DNA of 64,000 bases from a virus (Duplodnaviria; Caudoviricetes), in IMG/VR virus record IMGVR_UViG_3300026311_000012, positions 35,912-99,911 of that record; one strand, given 5' to 3'. Shown here piece by piece: positions 59,086 to 64,000 of the stretch. The position numbers and the translations under genes were made by a program. The stretch's first letter is position 1; each line of letters begins with the position of its first letter. The notes under the pieces are model-generated. The model was given only the letters and a program-made list of their open reading frames with translations, did no database searches and was not told the DNA's origin.

Positions 59086-61410
59086 TTATAACCTTATTAT
59101 TGCAGTTCCAAATTTCACCATCTTCTGTGTTCCCTCTGACGGTGGATCAACAGGTTCTTCTTCTTGTGTAACCGTAACAACCCACTCCTGAGTAGTCGTA
59201 CCATCAAGTGCCGTAATGGTATATGTCTGTGGTGAGGTAAAGTCTCTCGATACTCCACTCAGGGGATATATCGTGGCCCCGTAGGACAGCGTTATCGTCG
59301 GGGTAAGGTTTGTTATGTCTGCGGTGTAAGCTACCTCTATCGCTACCGTGTGGTTAGTGGCGTTGATCGTAGCTACTCCAGTCTGCTCGGAAAGAGTAAA
59401 GGTGACAATATCGGTTGCGGTTTCATCGGCTTCTACCACCTCCGTAACCGTACCGGCCCCAAGCAGAATAAGAGATGTGAAAGGCTCTAAATAGATTGTG
59501 TCGCTATATGACACATTGGCAACATCTACCATCGCCGCAGATAGCGTCCAGAATTTAGTAGCTGTGCTATCATTATAAATGAAATGTATTTCATCATCAC
59601 TACTTACCGATGTTGGCGAATCTGCTGAGTTAGCATCTTGCCCACGGGCAGTACGCAAACCAGCTAGATTAGTTCCAATATGATTGTAAACAATATATCC
59701 ACTTGCATCATTATCAATCGGAGAACAATAATAATTATAATCAGTTACACATGTAGCTATTAAATCAACATCAATGTCAATTGATAATTGTGATGACGTT
59801 CTTGCAAAAAATATATTTCCAGTGACATCGACATTTGCATGACTACTAGAACTTGTAATTCTTATAGCTCTTTGATTATCATAGAATGTATTATTCTTTA
59901 TAGTTCCGCCTGTATTACCATTACCTAGATATCCAAAATAATAAAATGTATCATTCCCAGCTATTATATTATTTTCCCATCTAATTCCAACAGAAGAATT
60001 ATCACAATATATTCCTGCAATTGCAGCTGATGTAGTTGATGTTCCTTGAATACTTCCAATTCCATCTAATATAATATTATGATGAACATATCCAATTCTT
60101 CCAATTGTTCCATTATATGTATAGATTCCGCCAAGATCTCCAAGAGACATAATATAATTACTTATTTTATTATATCTTATTTCGGTTTTATCTACTTCAA
60201 ATCTTATTCCTATGCCTCCAATGCTATCCAATGTATTATATTCTATAATTGAAGATGTATTTGTACCGCTTGTATAATGATAATTAATACCTGGAATTCC
60301 TGAATAAGAATATGGTTCTCTCTGTCCAGGAAATAAGCCTATTCTATTTAGTGTATTATGACTAATTGTTATGTTAGTAAATTGATGTTGATTATTTGCA
60401 TTCCATATACTTATTCCAGCATTAGTAATATCTTCAAAATCATTGTAAGTAAACTGACACCCATTAGAAGTATTACCACCAGATCTTGATCCTCTTATGC
60501 CATAATATGAGAATTTTATATTACATTCGTTTAATATAAAATATGGAGTAGCATTTAAATCAATCGCAGCAACAGAAAATCCCTCAAATGATAAATTATC
60601 TACCGTTATATAAGATACATTTTCAGCATATAATCCTAAGTCTCTTGACGCTACTCTTACTGTATGATCGCCTGGAGTCTCCGCACCGAAGTACATATAG
60701 AATGTATTTGTTGATTGATCATGATACCATTCCCCATATGTATCTAATGTCTCTAGATCATTCTGTATATAAAAACCAAACCCCGGCTGTAAATTACTAG
60801 CTGCTGCAGCAAATATTATTGTACTTCCACTATGACTACTTATTTTTCTTACATTAGTTGCATATAAATTAATTCTTAAAACAACATCCGCCCCAGTCCA
60901 ATTATCTATGGATGAGTTTAATGTCGCATCTGTTAATGAGTTATTACTACTATAACTATCATATAATGTATAACCACTATTTGGAGATCTTCCCATTTCA
61001 GTATTAACTCCATCAACTGATACAACAAATGGTCTTGATTCACAAGTTACTGATGCAGAATATATTCCACCGCCCTCTGATGTCCATGAACTTATGGTAG
61101 TCCAGCCCGATATCAACGGTTTATCTCCAGTTCCATAAGAACTTATAGTTATAGGACTGCCTAACGTTCCACTTTCATCTGGTAATAATGTAGCATCATT
61201 AAACGTATCCCCACATCTAAAATATATATTATCACCGGGAGCAAATGTTCCAGCAGCCCATTCAGTATTCACCTTACCAATGGTAGCCCATGCCGTTCCG
61301 TCTGATGTACCAGCCGCCGCATCACTACCCCCGGTCTTCACGTAGTAATTAGTAGAATATAAATTACCAAAGGCGAAAACAAATATTAATATAGTTAATA
61401 TTTTTTTCAT
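59086..61410 (-). CDS. Right-handed beta-helix protein with Sec signal peptide and C-terminal Ig-like domain; paralog of 55113..57107
   Basis: MKKILTILIFVFAFGNLYS|TNYY; WAAGTFAPGD; DLGGIY; LTPTITLS.GATI.P.SG...DFTSP..YTITA.DG. Confidence 0.82.
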   Translation of the reverse strand: MKKILTILIFVFAFGNLYSTNYYVKTGGSDAAAGTSDGTAWATIGKVNTEWAAGTFAPGDNIYFRCGDTFNDATLLPDESGTLGSPITISSYGTGDKPLISGWTTISSWTSEGGGIYSASVTCESRPFVVSVDGVNTEMGRSPNSGYTLYDSYSSNNSLTDATLNSSIDNWTGADVVLRINLYATNVRKISSHSGSTIIFAAAASNLQPGFGFYIQNDLETLDTYGEWYHDQSTNTFYMYFGAETPGDHTVRVASRDLGLYAENVSYITVDNLSFEGFSVAAIDLNATPYFILNECNIKFSYYGIRGSRSGGNTSNGCQFTYNDFEDITNAGISIWNANNQHQFTNITISHNTLNRIGLFPGQREPYSYSGIPGINYHYTSGTNTSSIIEYNTLDSIGGIGIRFEVDKTEIRYNKISNYIMSLGDLGGIYTYNGTIGRIGYVHHNIILDGIGSIQGTSTTSAAIAGIYCDNSSVGIRWENNIIAGNDTFYYFGYLGNGNTGGTIKNNTFYDNQRAIRITSSSSHANVDVTGNIFFARTSSQLSIDIDVDLIATCVTDYNYYCSPIDNDASGYIVYNHIGTNLAGLRTARGQDANSADSPTSVSSDDEIHFIYNDSTATKFWTLSAAMVDVANVSYSDTIYLEPFTSLILLGAGTVTEVVEADETATDIVTFTLSEQTGVATINATNHTVAIEVAYTADITNLTPTITLSYGATIYPLSGVSRDFTSPQTYTITALDGTTTQEWVVTVTQEEEPVDPPSEGTQKMVKFGTAIIRL

Positions 61411-62279
61411 TCTACCACCCCACTTCCTATTGCATCCATATATTCTTCAATAATATCAAAAAGAGTTGCGGCTTCTTCATCAGTAATGCCATCCATTAAA
61501 AATGCAATAGATAATACATCTCGTGAAAGACCACCAACCGATCCATTGTTGTTATTCGCACATAAATACATTATTTGATTTGGCAGGTTATCACTTTCTG
61601 AACTACCTGTACCAATAGAACTCCCATTATGATACAATTCTGAATCAGTATTTCCTCTTCGTGTTCCTACCGCTAATCCTCCTCCCTCAGTACGGTTTGC
61701 ATCAAGATTAATATAATTACATAATCTTACTCTCATGACTGGGCCTGTTGTAATGGGCATCATAAATATCATTTGTGTACCATCAGATACACCAAAAACA
61801 ACGCTAGCTAAATGATCACTAGTAATAGTATATGCTCCTATGGTTAAGTCGTCTAATCCTATATTATCAGCATTTGTTGATGGGTTATAGCCAGTAGTTA
61901 AATATCCAGTAGTACCGTCTGAACTTACTCCTTCATAGCTACTGAAATTTACTGTAGCGGCACCAACTGTTGCATCAAATGTTCCAGGGGTAATCCAATT
62001 TATATATGCCTCACTCCCAGTATTAAGTTCTGTTGCAAACACATAAAATAAATCCATCCTTGCCCAATAACCCCCATCTACCAAAGCCTGAACCATTTTA
62101 TTCTGATAACCTTTAGTTACTAGTGAAGGCTCAGTTGTCATAGCCGCAAGAACAGCATTATATTCATCACAATAAGTTATCGTTTCTACAGGTGCAACAT
62201 AATTTGAATACCTCAATATCTGCCCCTCAACCGAGGCAAGGATAAAGAGTGCTGTTATAAGTAAGAGTAGTTTCTTCAT
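61407..62279 (-). CDS. Beta-sandwich (lectin/LamG-like) protein with Sec signal peptide
   Basis: MKKLLLLITALFILASVEG|Q; LVDGGYWARMDLFYVFA; DGTTGYLTTGYNPS. Confidence 0.7.
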   Translation of the reverse strand: MKKLLLLITALFILASVEGQILRYSNYVAPVETITYCDEYNAVLAAMTTEPSLVTKGYQNKMVQALVDGGYWARMDLFYVFATELNTGSEAYINWITPGTFDATVGAATVNFSSYEGVSSDGTTGYLTTGYNPSTNADNIGLDDLTIGAYTITSDHLASVVFGVSDGTQMIFMMPITTGPVMRVRLCNYINLDANRTEGGGLAVGTRRGNTDSELYHNGSSIGTGSSESDNLPNQIMYLCANNNNGSVGGLSRDVLSIAFLMDGITDEEAATLFDIIEEYMDAIGSGVVE

Positions 62280-62282
62280 GGT

Positions 62283-63998
62283 TTATAGTCTCCTAATTTG
62301 AGCATTCAGTTGTAAATTCCATTCCTTTGGTCGGTATCCTTCCGGCTGGTCGGCCCTTAACTCTATCCATACATCATTTCCAGGGGCAATAGTTGACTGA
62401 TTGTTTGGAGTGAAAGTTGTCTGATTGTCCCCACATGACTGAGGACCAGTAAACAATGAGTCAACCGGTGTAGCTGTCATGCGATTACCATAGTACACAT
62501 TGAACAAAAGAGAGTCGTTTTCGGAAATAACAATGTTTCTGAGATCAACTATGTGAAGTGAATCCTGTGTCACCTTGAATGCTCCGAATCCTCTCTTTCC
62601 TTTCGCAAAAGCAATAGAATCGGCCGGCTCTCCTATTCCTGCACCAAAGACAAAGTATGGCGATGTATCATCAATCATCCTTGCTTCAGATCGTATCACA
62701 TCAGCGGTATCGTTTATCCATCCCTGTACCTGGGACATGATAGTAAGATTACCTCCACCGGCAGGAAGAGAGTAACTTGCATTACCATTGGTCTCAAAAG
62801 TAAGTCTGTCATCCCCGGTAAGCCTTAATGATCCTCCGTTAAGAATAAGACTGTCAATAGATGCCTCCTCGATCTCTGAGCGTAAGGCATAATTGGTAAG
62901 CATAGTGGCTGTATCGGCAACTTCGACATACAATGGTCTGAACACATCAAGACTATCATTTATCCATCCCTGAACCTGTGACATTAGGGTAAGCGTACCT
63001 CCTCCAGATGGGAGACTGTATGACCCATCTCCGTTTGTGTAAAAGGTAATATCATCAGCAGTACCTTCGCTCCCATTTAACGTAATGGTTCCAGAATTAA
63101 GTGTAATTCCAACAACTCCTCCGCCACCGCCTCCGACTGATCTTGCGTAAGCTTTAGTCGCAAGGGTATCTGTAGTATGATCAAAATGGAATGCATCATC
63201 AATATTGATAGAATCAGCAAGCACACCAATAATACTGTCTGTCCTTGTCTCAAGTATAGCAAAATCGCTTGCACGAAGATAGTTTGTAAGCATACTTGCA
63301 GTATCGGCAACAGCAACATATAAAGGTCGAAGTACATTCAAACTGTCTGCTATCTCATCTCTTACGTCACCTATGACAACATCTCCAGTTCCAACCTCGC
63401 TCAAAAGAGCATAGTTTGTCAACATTGAGGCAGTATCCGCAACCATAACCACCAATGGCCGAAGAACATTAAGACTATCTGCAATTTCATCCTGCACAGC
63501 TCCAATACCTATGCCCCCTTCAGATAGATCGGTTAGTTTAGCATAAGTATCAAGCATGGCCGCAGTGTCAGCCACGGCAACGTAAAGAGGTCGCAGGGCA
63601 TTTAGGCTATCCGCAATCTCATCACGAACATCCCCTATTGAGGTTCCGGCATCTCCAAGCTCGCTTGTTAAAGCATAATGAGCAAGCATACTGGCTGTGT
63701 CAGAAACACTCACTTTTGCAGTAAGAGCAGAAGCGAGCTCTCCATTGCGGGTATAATTCCCAAGCATAGTCGCAGTATCCGAAACATTTACCTTGGCCGC
63801 CAGAGCAGAGTTTAACTCCCCGTTGCGGGTATAATTGGCAAGCATTGAGGTAGTATCTGACTTCAGTAGCCGGAGTTGAATATCCGCAGAATAATTGGTA
63901 ATGCTGTCACCATACTCCGAAAGCGTGACCTCAATAGAATCTAAACTCCCATTTACATTATCAAAATTAGCATCTATGACAGCTCTAACTGAAGCCCA
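62283..63998 (-). CDS. Repeat-rich fibre-like protein dense in D-(S/T)-hydrophobic motifs; 5'-truncated
   Basis: Frame stays open from 63845 to the window end (WASVRAVIDANFDNV...LLKSDTTSML); repeated DT(A/T)xML.NY modules. Confidence 0.8.
   Translation of the reverse strand, partial: WASVRAVIDANFDNVNGSLDSIEVTLSEYGDSITNYSADIQLRLLKSDTTSMLANYTRNGELNSALAAKVNVSDTATMLGNYTRNGELASALTAKVSVSDTASMLAHYALTSELGDAGTSIGDVRDEIADSLNALRPLYVAVADTAAMLDTYAKLTDLSEGGIGIGAVQDEIADSLNVLRPLVVMVADTASMLTNYALLSEVGTGDVVIGDVRDEIADSLNVLRPLYVAVADTASMLTNYLRASDFAILETRTDSIIGVLADSINIDDAFHFDHTTDTLATKAYARSVGGGGGGVVGITLNSGTITLNGSEGTADDITFYTNGDGSYSLPSGGGTLTLMSQVQGWINDSLDVFRPLYVEVADTATMLTNYALRSEIEEASIDSLILNGGSLRLTGDDRLTFETNGNASYSLPAGGGNLTIMSQVQGWINDTADVIRSEARMIDDTSPYFVFGAGIGEPADSIAFAKGKRGFGAFKVTQDSLHIVDLRNIVISENDSLLFNVYYGNRMTATPVDSLFTGPQSCGDNQTTFTPNNQSTIAPGNDVWIELRADQPEGYRPKEWNLQLNAQIRRL
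62690..63870 (-). repeat. Nested intragenic coding repeats
   Basis: 2x 26-aa NYTRNGEL.SAL.AKV.VSDTA; 3x IG.V.DEIADSLN.LRPL.V.VADTA.ML; 2x TF.TNG..SYSLP.GGG.LT.MSQVQGWIND. Confidence 0.9.
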
Positions 63999-64000
63999 GG

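Noticed and set aside
62690-63870. Possible CRISPR array or DGR template/variable repeats
   Set aside because: The repeats are in-frame coding units with synonymous divergence. There are no unique spacers, no evident adenine-specific pattern and no reverse transcriptase in the window.
1-64000. Stop-codon reassignment (TAG or TGA), as in some crAss-like phages
   Set aside because: Genes are long and intact in code 11. TAG ends genes at 7788, 35225 and 39440, and TGA is used in ATGA overlaps.
1-64000. tRNA, rRNA, integrase, capsid, portal or terminase genes
   Set aside because: None recognised. Intergenic gaps are short, and the head genes probably lie beyond the right edge of the window.

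Overview
A 64-kb slice of a large, AT-rich lytic phage with crAss-like (Crassvirales-type) organisation. The host is most likely Bacteroidota, judged from TTTG-N20-TAnnTTTG promoters and Gln-rule signal peptides. The standard genetic code is used. The + strand arm (1-17.5 kb) has small accessory genes, a phiEco32-like peptide-modification cluster (gamma-glutamylcyclotransferase, ATP-grasp, COOH-NH2 ligase, class II glutamine amidotransferase, amidoligase), RusA-like and PD-(D/E)XK nucleases, class II RNR, a signal-bearing lysozyme, family B DNA polymerase and two metallophosphoesterases. It converges at a bidirectional terminator on the - strand late arm. That arm encodes ejected cargo proteins (including a 4506-aa zincin + DFDID virion RNA polymerase), muzzle/ring tail proteins, lysis genes and a mosaic fibre/beta-helix region. 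Best candidate for an undescribed system: late fibre-region proteins carrying Sec signal peptides, next to a protein packed with the Bacteroidota O-glycosylation sequon D-(S/T)-(A/I/L/V/M/T). This suggests phage proteins exported to the periplasm and glycosylated by the host. Other unannotated signals: a double-signal membrane/beta-barrel polyprotein, a shared C-terminal K-x-K-I-[IL] ending on small early proteins, a 37-aa CxxCxxCxxxC peptide, a GIY-YIG remnant apparently splitting a cargo gene, and twin late promoters sharing a 17-bp box. All family assignments come from motif recognition by eye; no searches were run.
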